Shown here one piece after another: positions 8,691-19,194 of a stretch of 64,000 nucleotides of DNA; position 1 is the stretch's first letter, and each line of letters opens with the position of its first letter. The position numbers were made by a program, and so were the translations under genes. The notes beneath the pieces were generated by a model. That model did not search any database, was not told the origin of the DNA, and saw only the letters and a list, made by a program, of their open reading frames with translations. Location of the stretch: positions 928,001 to 992,000 of the forward strand of contig OZ243961.1 in the NCBI GenBank assembly GCA_965214605.1, written 5' to 3'. The DNA is from an uncultured Candidatus Binatia bacterium (lineage in GTDB: Bacteria > Desulfobacterota > Binatia > Bin18).

Positions 8691-9360
8691 TTTGGTCACC
8701 ATGGCGGAGTTCTCCGTTAAGGATGTCGAGCGCCAATTTTTGAAAACGTCGTACCGAGCGGGCTATGTCTTCTTGTAACGCGGTGCCCGGTAAAGAGGCG
8801 ATAAGGCCTGTCAGAATAAGGGCTTGGGCGTAGGAGTCCTCTTGTAACGCCGTTGTCGTTAAGAAGCCTATTTTTCCAGTCTGGTCAACGATTTGCGTCA
8901 ATGAGTCATCTTGTAATGCAGCCCGGCCCCGTCGTGCATAACCGGGGGTGGCCGCCCGCCAGGCCCGCACCCGGGCCACATGCTCGGGGCCGCGGAAGTA
9001 GTTCTCCTTCTGGGGTTTGGCCAGCCGGCGCGCCTGGCGGCAGGTGGCCGCCGAACAGTACCCCTGATGCCGCAGGTTCCGGCGGGGTCCAGGCGGAACA
9101 GTTGCCCGCAGTTCAGGCACTTGCATCGTCTTCGCTTCGTCATCGGCAGGTATCCTCCAGCCGCCGATGATGCGCACGTCCACGCCGGAGGGGGACCTCG
9201 GAAGAAGACGTGCCGAAGAAGATGAAGAAGGGTTTACATCAAGCCTTTTGAAGAAGACGCCGTCGAAAAAACGGGAAGTTCAGACCGGTGGAATCAGTAC
9301 ACTTTCAGATCGGTGACGGCAGTGAACGGCAGATTCACGTTTTGTCGGTGACTGCGACGC
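8688..9360 (-). mobile_element. Left part of an IS21-like element: end with repeated GTCACCGA boxes plus frameshifted CxxC accessory ORF
   Basis: MTKRRRCKCLNCGQLF...HQGYCS...YFRGPEHVARVRAWRAA, followed by the start MVTKRLL; tcggtgac repeated at ~9310 and ~9345; no transposase remains. Confidence 0.5.
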
Positions 9361-9369
9361 CGAGTGCGT

Positions 9370-9760
9370 GGTCAGGGACATCGGCGCTAGGTGGGGCACG
9401 GTGTTAACTGCTCTTGGTCTTCATCCTCAGCTTGCGCATGAGCGGAAGTCTGAATTGTCCTTGTTCGATCAGATCCTGCCCAACTGCGCTTATGTAGGTG
9501 AGGTCGGTTTAGATGAAGCCCCGGAATTCAAGCGCCATTGGCAAGACCAGATTGATGTCTTGCGACATGTGCTGGAGGCATGCGAGCGAGTCGGAGGCGG
9601 AATCATGTCGATTCACAGTCGACGTGCAAGCACGCCTGTGCTCGAGGCATTGGAAGCACCCCCAGTGGCAGGAGTCCCAGTTCTCTACTGGTTCTCGGGA
9701 GCTCCGCGTGAACTCGATCGGGCTGCTGCGCTTGGATGTTGGTTCAGCGTTGGACCGGGG
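9370..9760 (+). pseudogene. qatD: TatD-family nuclease fragment, QatD-like
   Basis: TALGLHPQLAHERKSEL, YVGEVGLD, MSIHSRRA, VLYWFSG, GCWFSVGP; both ends missing. Confidence 0.75.
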
Positions 9761-9764
9761 TCAC

Positions 9765-10105
9765 GAACACACTGTCGGCCAGCCGGAGCTTCCCCGCGTT
9801 CACGGGCACCACGAAGGTCGCACCGCGTCGGGCCAACTCCTCAACCAATTCCATCACCAGCGCGCGATTGCTCGACCTCAACCGTCGGCACCACCGTGAG
9901 GTCACCCGAGATGTAAAATGATGAATTTCGCGAACGGGCCCGCTTTCCCCGCCCTTGTACTCCTGATCCCCGTCTTGTCCCGAACGCTTCGGCTGAGCTC
10001 CACGATGAGACGATCGGCCTGACCGTGGTACTCCTTCCACTTGTCGGCCGGAAGGCGGAGCACGTTACTATCAAAGGAGCGAATCTGAGTGTTCGTCAGG
10101 GGCAG
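9765..10105 (-). pseudogene. CBASS CD-NTase 5' remnant (9900-10105) plus a fragment of a probable downstream gene
   Basis: PLTNTQIRSFDSNVLRLPADK.KEYHGQADRLI...KAGPFAKFIIL (GSFAK-like loop), with FYISG in another frame, so the DxD segment is deleted. Then LVEELARRGATFVVPV. Confidence 0.65.
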
Positions 10106-10149
10106 GCTGCACCCCTGTTTATCTTCGATTCGTTCACCAAACCGCTCTT

Positions 10150-11376
10150 TCATGTCGCTATGCCGAAGTGCCGCCGGACCTCGCCGGTGCCAACAAACTG
10201 CGACAGTAGCCGGTAGTTCTGCTTTTGGTGCCGGACCCTGCCCGCGACAATCGCCGGATGAATCCCGAGTGCTTCTGCCAAATTCATGACGGCCATGGGC
10301 GTCGGATGTGCCTTCACGGCGTTCGCCTCCCAGACCGCCTTTGGTATGAGAGCCTCTTCCGCCCAGTCATCCGCCTGCCTCTCTCGCAGATCTTCCCGTC
10401 CGCCTTCCACTTTGCGGAGCGTCAAGTCATCGACGAAGGCATTGCCCTTGTCGTTGTCCAGGTGCCGGCCGACATGGGCCAACTCGTGCAGTAGGCAGAA
10501 CCAAAAATTGTCGATGCAGTCGTGGCGCAGGGTCAGCCCGATGACCGGTCGTCCATCGCCGAGCCGCAATGCCGCTCCGTCGAGATATGTTTGTGGCAGA
10601 TGGTGTACGATCACGAGCGGAATCCCGCGTCTGGCCAGAAGTTCCTTGGCCAGACGCGGCCCCTCCCCGGAGCAGCTCAGTTGTGCCACCTTCTTGAGAA
10701 AGTCCACAGTGACGGTGCCGCGCTTGTAGTTCACCTGCGGCCGCTCCTCGTTCGTCTTCGCCAGAACCTGCCAGCACCAAGCTTTCAGCGCATAGGGATC
10801 CATCTTGGCGGTTGCGCGCACGTGATCGTTCTTCCGGTGGAGTACGGCGCCGGCAACCTTCGCTCCTCCCGCACGAGTGATCAGATCACGGATGATCTCA
10901 TCCGCGCGCTCCACGAGATCGGGGCCGCCTGGAATCCAGTTCAGCTTCGCCATCGCCTTGACGGGAAACCGGCTCTACTCCATGTCCGCCAGCGGATCGC
11001 TGAGCTCGACCCCCGCCTCGCGCAGGAGCACGTCCGCGGGAATCCCAAGATGCTTGTGGAGCGTACGGGCCATTGGCATGGTAATCGCGCGCTTGCCGGA
11101 TAGGACCTCCGAGACCTTGGCGCGACTCCCGATGCAGGGGATCAGATCGCGCGGGCTCAGGTTCTCCTGTTCCATGCGGAACTTAATCGCAGCCACCGGG
11201 CTGGGATAGTCCATCGGCCCGTGCTTGCTCTCGTAGAGCTCGACAAGGTCGGCAGGAACGTTGAGTTCGTCGAACTCGACGGTGCTCGGCTCCGCGCTCA
11301 TCAGCGCGTCGATCCGCGTAAGCGCGGCCTCGTAATCTTTCTTGGTCCGGATCGGCTTGATCTTGCTATTAGCCAT
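10150..11376 (-). pseudogene. HigA-type HTH + ImmA/IrrE peptidase fusion split by an in-frame TAG (10975-10977)
   Basis: IKPIRTKKDYEAAL...AIKFRMEQ...SEVLSGKR, then DME*SRFPVKAMAK in the same frame, then FWFCLLHELAH. Confidence 0.85.
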
Positions 11377-11377
11377 C

Positions 11378-11445
11378 TCACACCTCCCCGACGTCTATGG
11401 CGTCATACTCGACGTGGGTGCCGACAAAACGTACGATGATCCCCA
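11378..11445 (-). pseudogene. higB: HigB toxin C-terminal stub
   Basis: IVRFVGTHVEYDAIDVGEV* ending 1 nt before the HigA start. Confidence 0.75.
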
Positions 11446-11803
11446 TAGCTATACATATTTCGTTCCCATAATAGTGTTAACTCTATTGATCCTAAAACAG
11501 ACCATTATCGATATCCCTTACCATGAGTCAGCTGTTGCTTGCCATGCTCGGTATATTCTGTCCGCGCAATTGCTGACCAATGATTACGTTTGAAGACGCG
11601 ACGCTAGCTGCCGCAGCTAAAAGCGTACTTGGGGGGAAAGTGACGCCACGATTGAAAGCTGGTCTCCGTCCGAAATGAGATTCCGAAGCGGGAAACCATA
11701 TTGAAGAGACGAGAGAAATGAAGAAGGCCGCTGCGTAAGCGGTCATACGTTACTTAACTATACACGGCCTTGAGGAATTGGCGTTGCGACCGGCCCCAAA
11801 GGG

Positions 11804-11867
11804 GTCATTCCTGCGAAAGCGGGAATCCACTGGCTGCCGATGGATGCCGGGTCAAGCCCGGCATGAC
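11804..11867. repeat. REP-like bipartite palindromic element
   Basis: GTCATTCCTGCGAAAGCGGGAATCCA...TGGATGCCGGGTCAAGCCCGGCATGAC; two hairpins with GTCAT/ATGAC ends. Confidence 0.8.
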
Positions 11868-12360
11868 GTGCAGGCGGGACCTATGCCTGTGGACGATGGC
11901 ATTCTGGCGGCAACTGCTGGAAGAGACACCTCAAGATGGGTTAGCAAGTTGCCCAGTGCGTAACATCACTTAATGATTTTTGTCGTGTACAGTGACCAGC
12001 GGCACACGTCCTGAATGCCTGTCAAGATTCCGAAGTATGTGCTGCTGGTTGGCAGGCGTTTTGGCTATAACTGGCCAGGCCTTTACAGGAATTCTTGGTA
12101 TCAAAGTGAATGCACTTTAGCTCTCACCCGTCCAGGTACACCGCTGTGGCCTGTTTCCTCTCAACTCTCTACTAAGCGTCATGCGGGCTTCGCAATCAAG
12201 GGCCTTTTTTTCCGTTACCAAATTCATTTCTCCTCCTCCCTTTCAAGAGCGTCTGGGAGGGGTCGCTGAACCTTGAAACCCCTGAAGACTCAACGTACGA
12301 TGCCGGAAGAGGCATGTACCGTCGTGTATTTCGCTGAGCACGGCCAGAGGGACGAGCAGA

Positions 12361-12591
12361 TTGATGAAGGAAGAACAACAGGAGTGGACCGGACATGCGG
12401 ACAAGACGCAGTCGAACCGCGCAGCTGTCCATGCAGCAATGCTGAAGGAGGCGTTGCGGCGGCCCGGGGTGCGTGAAGCTATGGAAGTCTATCGGAACTG
12501 GCAGCGAACCGACAACGGGCTCGATTCATACCGTGCGGCAACAAAACAACCGTGGATTACAACGACGACGGACCATGCCAACGCCCGGTGA
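12361..12591 (+). CDS. Small hypothetical protein
   Basis: 76-aa helical-looking ORF with purine-rich upstream sequence; no family recognised. Confidence 0.4.
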   Translation: MMKEEQQEWTGHADKTQSNRAAVHAAMLKEALRRPGVREAMEVYRNWQRTDNGLDSYRAATKQPWITTTTDHANAR

Positions 12592-12858
12592 CAAGTTTGA
12601 GGGAATCCGACTTTGCCCATCTGGAGTGAGCTCTTCGCCGAACTGAACGTCAGCACCCAAGGTGGGGGGCTGTCTTAATCGGCGATTCGGTGAGATTGAG
12701 CGGGGAATTGCGCGGCGGAGGCGCCACGACCCAACGTTTTCGCGCGTGCTGGCCCCTTGGTTAGACAACGTGCTCGCGTTGTACCACACGGGGGAGGCCA
12801 GCGGTGCTTCACCGGCGTCCATTTGTGGAAAGCCGATTAGGGGAGAGGAGAACCAGAG

Positions 12859-13107
12859 ATGGTGACGTGCACCATCGACACCCATGAAACCGTGCGGCAA
12901 TTTGTGGCCATCGGTATCCCTGACAAGCAGGCAGAAGTCATTGTTGCCGCCATCAGCCGTGCAGATTCCGAGATTGTCACCAAGGCTGACCTTGCCGCTG
13001 CCGTTGCCGAGTTGAAAGCCGATATGCTCAAGGTGGCTATCGGGGGTGCCGTCGGTATTGTGATTGCCAACGCCGGCCTGACGATTACCTTGATCAAATT
13101 GCTCTGA
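12859..13107 (+). CDS. DUF1640-like small protein, copy 2
   Basis: GAGGAG RBS, ATG, IDTHETVRQF...VTKADL...ELKADMLK; paralogue of 865-1080. Confidence 0.65.
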   Translation: MVTCTIDTHETVRQFVAIGIPDKQAEVIVAAISRADSEIVTKADLAAAVAELKADMLKVAIGGAVGIVIANAGLTITLIKLL

Positions 13108-13719
13108 ATCATCGGGGATTTTTCACACCAGCGGGGCTTTCCATGACTACTCCCCACACGCTTCTCTGCATCGTAATGAATGGTTGGGCGTGATTGGAGG
13201 ATACGACGAGGGCAGGCGCGCATCCTGTTGCAGATCTGGTTCACCTGTTGGTGCGGTGGAATACCCATCCGCTCCCGAATCTTACGATCCGTCAGTCCGT
13301 TCGCCGACGAGCTGATCGGCCGGCACGGGATCGGCCTGTCGTCGGGCACGAGCGGGGACGGCAGCGGCGCGTTCTCACAACGGATTCCGGGTCTGACCGA
13401 CGAGGCGGGCTGGCTGCAGGTGCTTGTGGCGCTGGGCTGGAAGGGCCTCGACGCCGAGTGGCTCGCCCTCGTCTGCCTGCACAGCGGTGTCTTCCTCCGC
13501 GCGCAGTACCTCGCCTTCGTCGGGTGTCTGCATCCGGAGCGGGCCCGCCGCTTCGTCCGGCGGTACAGCGCGGCGGCGGTCGAGGAGTCGTGGAACGGCT
13601 CCCGGCTGCGCCTGTGCCGGATTGCGAACGTCCTATCCGCCGTCGCAGAAGCTAGCCAGGCGTGCTCGCGCCTCGAACACGCCATCATGCAAGCCGAATC
13701 CAGTGCACTACAGACCAAG

Positions 13720-14347
13720 CTGGACGGCAATGGAGCGCGGTCGGTGGTGCCAGGCGACCTTCTCTGCGAACCACCACGGAACGGCATCTCCGCCCCCCCA
13801 ATTCCCGTTGAGGATGCCGGTCAGGTCGGCCTGAAGACCGTGAGCGTCTCTGCCGTTGATCGCGGCTGCTTCAACCCAAAGAGTGCGACAAAGTGCGTCG
13901 GGATCGATCTCGCTATCGCGCGGCCATTCCTTGTCCGAACAGGCGACGCCTCTATCGTTCGCGGAAACGGTAATCGGAGGCGCTGCAGCCAAGCTGGATT
14001 GGCGGATGTCTCCTACGACGATCTGGTCTATCCGTTTCGGCTCATCCGGCTTCGGTTTGAGCCGAAACGGATCCTTCCAGCGTTCGCCGTGGCTCAATGA
14101 AACCCTACCTGCCGTGCATCGGGATCTCAGCGCGAGAGCCAAGTCCACCAACGGCATCTGGAAGGTCAACGGGCAGGACATTCGAGCTCACCAGCTGGTC
14201 GTTCCGAGTCTCTCGAAGCAGCGCAGGTCGCTCCGTGCCATCACTCGAATGCGGGACTTGCGCGATTTGCAACTCAAGCGGAGGCTGGATGGCCTCGCTC
14301 GGATCAGGAACGCGCTCCTGAATTCATGGGGCACGTCCGGCGAATAG
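13720..14347 (+). pseudogene. hsdS: Type I R-M specificity subunit (HsdS) 3' fragment
   Basis: GDLLCEPPRNGIS...FLVRTGD..IVRGNGN...LIRLRF...RAKSTNGIWKVNGQDIR...VPSLSKQ with a frameshift; upstream of an hsdR start. Confidence 0.7.
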
Positions 14348-14457
14348 AAGGGGCCTCCTGACCGGCCCTTCCAGCGCCACGGTAGATCCGCAATGGGGTC
14401 GTGACGGGAGGCCGGCCGCCGCTTGACCGATGACGGGCCGTTGCGTATGCTGAACCA

Positions 14458-14685
14458 ATGGCGCACTTGGACCGGATCACGATCGAGCCCGGAAAACGCA
14501 GCGGCAAGCCCTGCATCCGTGGCCTGCGCATGACGGTCTCCGATGTGCTTGACTACCTGGCGTCCGGCATGTCCGAGGACGACCTCCTCCGAGACTTCCC
14601 GGACCTGACGCGCGAAGACATCCGCGCCTGCCTCGCGTTCGCCGCTGATCGCGAGCGGCGACTGGTTGCGATCGGCGGAAGGTGA
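14458..14685 (+). CDS. DUF433 antitoxin-like protein
   Basis: RITIEPGKRSGKPCIRGLRMTVSDVLDYLASGMS...FPDLTREDIRACLAFAA. Confidence 0.95.
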   Translation: MAHLDRITIEPGKRSGKPCIRGLRMTVSDVLDYLASGMSEDDLLRDFPDLTREDIRACLAFAADRERRLVAIGGR

Positions 14686-15038
14686 AGCTGCTCCTCGACC
14701 AGAATCTCTCGCCGCGGCTGTGCCACCGCCTTCGCGACGTCTGGACTGAGGTCGTTCACGTTCGAGCGGTCAATCTGGCGGCCGCGGACGACTCAGCCGT
14801 CTGGGCGTACGCGAGACAACACGGTTTCACCATCGTGTCCAAGGACGGCGACTTCAGCGGTCGATCCTCCCTGTACGGCGCACCGCCGAAGATCATCTGG
14901 CTGGCGCTCGGCAACTGCTCAACCAGCGAGATTGAACGGCGTCTCCGTAGCCACCGCGATGAGATCGAAACGTTCGCCACCGAACCGGATACGACGCTGC
15001 TTGTGATCGAACCCGGCCAGGGTGTCGGCGTGTCATAG
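14682..15038 (+). CDS. DUF5615 PIN-like toxin
   Basis: MKLLLDQNLS...DDSAVWAYA...IVSKDGDF...PPKIIWL.GNCST; GTGA overlap with DUF433. Confidence 0.9.
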   Translation: MKLLLDQNLSPRLCHRLRDVWTEVVHVRAVNLAAADDSAVWAYARQHGFTIVSKDGDFSGRSSLYGAPPKIIWLALGNCSTSEIERRLRSHRDEIETFATEPDTTLLVIEPGQGVGVS

Positions 15039-15064
15039 CGGCATCGCGATCTAAGGTTGCCAAC

Positions 15065-15742
15065 ATGACCTTCACCGAGTCGAACACGGTCGAGGCGCTC
15101 GTCCGTGACATCCTCTGCGGCGGCGTAACCCACCATACGGCGGTCGGACCCGGCCTCGCGCGGAGGCACGGCGCGCTCTCCGGCTTCGGTTGGCACTACC
15201 TCGGCCCGCAACACCTGCCGCGGTAGACGCAGAGGTCCTTGTCGAAGACCACGTGCGCGAGGCGCTGCTCCGGCTCAACCCGGAGATCGCAGCTCAGCCG
15301 GACCGGGCCGACGACGTGCTGTACCGGCTACGGGCCATCCTGATGGGCGTGCGGACGGACGGGCTGGTCAAGGCGAACGAGGAGATCGCAGCCTGGCTCG
15401 CCAGAGAGCGGTCAATGCCGTTCGGCGCGGACGGCGAGCACGTCACCGTGCGGCTCGTCGACCTTGAGGATGTCGAGCGAAACCAGTATGTCGTCAGCAT
15501 CCAGTACACGGTCCGATCGGGTGCGAACGAGCGCCGCGCGGATCTTGTGCTGCTGGTGAACGGCCTTCCGCTTGTCGTCATCGAGGCGAAGACGCCGGTA
15601 CGGTCGAGCCAGAGCTGGGTTCGACGGCGCGACGCAGATTCGCGACGACTACGAGCGCAACGTGCCTGATCTGTTCGTGCCGAACCTCTGCTCGGTCGCC
15701 ACCGAAGGGAAGGACCTACGATACGGATTGATTGGCCTGCCG
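15065..15742 (+). pseudogene. hsdR: Type I restriction subunit HsdR, 5' fragment
   Basis: MTFTESNTVE...LRLNPEIAAQPDRADDVL...RADLVLLVNGLPLVVIEAKTP; internal stop, frameshifts and truncation. Confidence 0.85.
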
Positions 15743-15744
15743 GC

Positions 15745-15995
15745 TCACCTGTCACATGCTGAAAAGGCTCGAACAGTGGTGTCTTACTGACGATCTGGTT
15801 GTACAGACGATGCTCTTCGAAGTGCTCATCAGTCATCATGGCCGTTTTATCGTCCATCTTCGTAGAGGAGAATACCTCGTTCGGATGATTGATGAGTATG
15901 AGGAGAGGCGGCCTGTTGCAATGACCATGTACAGTCCATTCGTAAAGCGTTATTTCCGGGGAGGTGGAAACCATGAAGATCATATACTCCCGTAA
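15745..15995 (+). pseudogene. DUF4258-like toxin, 5'-truncated/degenerate
   Basis: LTCHMLKRL...EVLISHHGRFIVH...EYLVR..EYE..PV; overlaps the DUF2283 gene. Confidence 0.5.
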
Positions 15996-16200
15996 TGCGG
16001 ACGTGCTCACCATTCAGTTGGGCGAGGGACAGCCCTCCGACTCCACTAACATCGCTGAGGGGGTCATCATGCACCTTTCCGAGAAAGGGCGGCCTTTGGA
16101 AATTGAAATCTTTGACGCCTCAACGATCCTGGACAACAAAGGGGTCAAAGTTTCTCTGGAGGCACTGTTTCCCGTAGTTCGACAGGACTCCTCGCCATGA
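15973..16200 (+). CDS. DUF2283 antitoxin-like protein
   Basis: GGAGG RBS; MKIIYSRNADVLTIQL...EGVIMHL..GRPLEIEIFDAS. Confidence 0.85.
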   Translation: MKIIYSRNADVLTIQLGEGQPSDSTNIAEGVIMHLSEKGRPLEIEIFDASTILDNKGVKVSLEALFPVVRQDSSP

Positions 16201-16245
16201 GCGGCGGGAAGCATGCGCATGTCCTTGAACACCGCGAGGTTCCCC

Positions 16246-16716
16246 ATGCCCATCCCCCACACGCTTCTCTGTACCGTCGGCACCTGTCTGTTCCATTCCA
16301 ACCTGTCCCGCCTCACCCGTGAGCCGCGGCCGAATTCCATCCGCGCTGCCTTGGCCCAGGCCTATGCCGAACAGGATTGGCCGGAAGTCGCGGCGCAACT
16401 GCACCACCTCCCCCCCACCGAGCGGCTGTGCGGGGCGGAGATCAACTCGGTGGCCGATCTTCTGAAACAGGACTACGTCGCCAAGGGCCGCCTGCACCTG
16501 CTGTATTCCGCTACGACGGACGGCGAACACATCGCCGCCGTGCTCGACGCCTACTTCGCCGCGGACGGCTGGCGGGTACAGACCCACCGGGTGGACGAAT
16601 TGAGCGATCAGGACCCGAAGGCGTTTCGCACCCGAGGGCTGCGCAACCTGGCAAAACTGTTCGGCGAGCGTGTCCGAGAGGCCGGCGCCGATTATTGCGC
16701 GATTAACGCCAAATGA
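16246..16716 (+). pseudogene. Truncated duplicate of the CARF gene with an alternative N-terminus (MPIPH)
   Basis: Identical to the 1116 gene from codon 4 to INA, then K-stop; lacks TGGYK and the C-terminal domains. Confidence 0.9.
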
Positions 16717-17072
16717 CTCAGCGCCTGAACTTCGACTTCGACGCGTTCTACAAGACCCTGAGTGCGACGGTGGCAGCGCGCAATGTGAGCTGGAAGGCGG
16801 TCAGCGAACAAACCGGGGTATCACAATCCACGCTGTCGAGAATGTCAAAGGGTCGGCAGCCGGACGCAGCCAGTCTCACGGCGCTGCCAGCATGGTCGGG
16901 GATCAACCCTGTGGAATTCAGCTTGGCGCCGAAACACGACCCCGAACCAGTGGCCATGATGTCCAGGTTGCTTCGCGCAGATCCCAACCTGGACGAGGAT
17001 GGTGCCGATGCGATTGAGGCAATAATCAAGACTGCTTATGACAGGCTCAAACGCCCGTCGTCGAATTCCTAG
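16713..17072 (+). CDS. XRE-family HTH regulator
   Basis: VSWKAVSEQTGVSQSTLSRMSKGRQPD; ATGA overlap with the truncated CARF copy. Confidence 0.8.
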   Translation: MTQRLNFDFDAFYKTLSATVAARNVSWKAVSEQTGVSQSTLSRMSKGRQPDAASLTALPAWSGINPVEFSLAPKHDPEPVAMMSRLLRADPNLDEDGADAIEAIIKTAYDRLKRPSSNS

Positions 17073-17269
17073 CCCTCCCGGTCCCTTGCCGATTGGGGCC
17101 GCTTTGCTGCGGCAATGCGCAGCTCGGCGGCGAGTTCTTCGCGGTCCTGAATGATCTCAGCGATTTCCGGGACAGCCTTCTCCATCTCTTGGCGCAGTTC
17201 ATCGAGCGCGGTTTCATCGACCTGGGCCGGCGTGCACTTTTGCAAATAGTCTTTGAGACTGTGGTTCAT
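17069..17269 (-). CDS. Small helical hypothetical protein
   Basis: GGAGGAG RBS; ATGA overlap with the upstream peptidase-like gene. Confidence 0.6.
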   Translation of the reverse strand: MNHSLKDYLQKCTPAQVDETALDELRQEMEKAVPEIAEIIQDREELAAELRIAAAKRPQSARDREG

Positions 17270-18782
17270 GCTTCTCCTCCCGGTTGTGAGGTGACTGCGC
17301 CCGGATTGGCGGATGCCGGTGTTTCCACAACGGGGCGCAGATTGAGCTCGATCCGCGGCAGGGGGCCGAGGCCCCCGCGATCGAGACGAATGGAGTCGAT
17401 GTTCCTCGCGGCCGAAGTCCGGTCAAAAACGTGCGCCACTTCCTCGTCATGCAACAACCATATCGGCACCGGATCCCCCGGGCTCGCTGTTGCGTCGACG
17501 ATGGCCCGCGCGGCAACGCGTCCAGTGTTCCATTGCGCGACGCTGCAATACTCGACAACCCATACAAACTGAGCCGTCTGCAGGCGCATCATCAGGCCGA
17601 CGAGGATGTCGCCCAAGTGCGTGTAGTTTGTTCTGGCGTATTCACGAAGTCTGGAGACGGTCGTGATGAAGTAGCGCTGGAACTGAAGGGGCTCGGCATC
17701 GGGTCCCCTGGAGCCGACCAACCATCTTTCGACCAGTCGGCTGAACGCTCCGATGGCATCGGCCGGGTAGTAGATCTTGTCTGGCAGGGCGACGATGAAG
17801 GCTTCGAAGGACTTCGCCGTATAGGACGGCAGCCCCGTAACGGTGGCGGTCGAATCCAGTGGAATCGTGCTATAGGGAAGCAGGTTGTCGTCGACAGCCA
17901 GGAGCGTCTCCACCTGCGTCCACACGTGCGATGACGACGGTCCTAGCCGCGCGGCCGATTGACGCCAACTGTATCCGACGATCACGACAGCATGTTTCTT
18001 GCTGGGGATCGCAACGAACAGCGGGAAGCCCGACTCGAGATAAGCGAGCAGTTGCGAGAAGAACGCCTCTTCGGAGGCAGAATTGCGTTTACCCACGAGG
18101 ACGGGAAAGCAGCCGGCCGCCTGAAACACCCGTTCGGCCCCCACGACGTTGAAGCCCAACGACGGTACAAGCCCGCCAGGGTCGAACGGCGCGGCCAGCT
18201 TCGTAATGTCGTGGACCAGATACTCTCGATGGTGGGCGAAGGTCTCGCTATAGTAGCGGAGAATTACCCAGCAGGACACGTGTGCGCAGACGGCGATGTC
18301 AACGTGCTGGGCCATGGACGGGAAGCCCCATACCGGCAGTCTATAGCCGAGTAGGTTGAGGTGGTGAACCGACTGAATTGCCCGTCCTCTTGCACCTAGA
18401 CGGATGTTGGGTGAAAGCACCGAGCGCCCCAACGTCGCGACGATGGTGGGCCTCAGTACGATGTAGCCGAAGTAGTGGTCTTGCGGGCGGCCGTCGTCGC
18501 ACACGATGTCGGTTCGTGCCTCGTTGTAGCGCACTCCTCCGTTGAAGAAGTGTAGACGCACGCAGTCGGAACGGTACTGGCGACCTTTCTTTGCATAGAA
18601 GTTATAGAACGTGCTTCGGTAGTCCTTGTCGACATACCCGTGTTCCACAAGTACGCCTTTGGCCGCATCCGTGACTTGAGACTCTCCGCAATGGTCTTCG
18701 GACCGAAAGCCGGGTCCAGCAGATTGAGCAGCTAGTCGTAACCATCGCCGTCGCTGAGGTCGAGCCAGTTGTAGGGTGCCAA
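17266..18782 (-). pseudogene. Papain-like (C39-like) peptidase-domain protein with damaged 5' end; 460-aa ORF remains
   Basis: MAQHVDIAVCAHVSCW (Q...C), HAVVIVGY, AVDDN. Upstream TTG 18782 frame MAPYNWLDL has a stop and a frameshift before VLVEHGYVD. Confidence 0.6.
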
Positions 18783-18930
18783 TGTCTATGTCTTCCCTGT
18801 CATATGCCGAGTCCGCGATGAAACGTCACTTAGAGGCAACGCAATCCGCTTCCGAAATGCTTACGGGACTCCAGAGCTAAGATAGAAATTATGCAATAAC
18901 AGATAGTTATAGTGATAGGAGTCTATATGC

Positions 18931-18954
18931 TACATTTGTATCGAAGACAAGCAC
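18931..18954 (-). pseudogene. vapC: VapC PIN toxin stub (8 codons)
   Basis: GTG-LVFDTNV begins immediately after the antitoxin stop, then unrelated AT-rich DNA. Confidence 0.65.
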
Positions 18955-19194
18955 TCATTCTTCCTCCTCCATGGCCCGATAGAGCGCGTCGCGGTCGGCG
19001 ATATCGATCTGGAATCCTCCGCTGCGCCACGTGGGCAACGGCGGCAATGTGCCCGACGGCGTATCAAACCGCTCGGGCTCGGCGAGCACACGTCTGAGGC
19101 CGGCTTCCACGAGCGCGGACATCGTCGTGCCGCGCCGCGCCGCCTCCCGCAACCGCTGCATCACCGAGTCGTCGATGTTGAGCGTCGTCTTCAT
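18955..19194 (-). CDS. VapB-like ribbon-helix-helix antitoxin
   Basis: MKTTLNIDDSVMQRLREAARRGTTMSALVEAGLR...LPPLPTW...DIADRDALYRAME. Confidence 0.85.
   Translation of the reverse strand: MKTTLNIDDSVMQRLREAARRGTTMSALVEAGLRRVLAEPERFDTPSGTLPPLPTWRSGGFQIDIADRDALYRAMEEEE

Noticed and set aside
10975-10977. In-frame TAG in higA-ImmA as pyrrolysine or programmed readthrough
   Set aside because: The context (DME*SRFP) fits a TGG-to-TAG nonsense change, and neighbouring genes are also decayed.
13180-14100. 306-aa ORF as a single novel protein
   Set aside because: It is a chance in-frame join of unrelated fragments (antisense of a wHTH piece, a mobile-element hypothetical, and hsdS).
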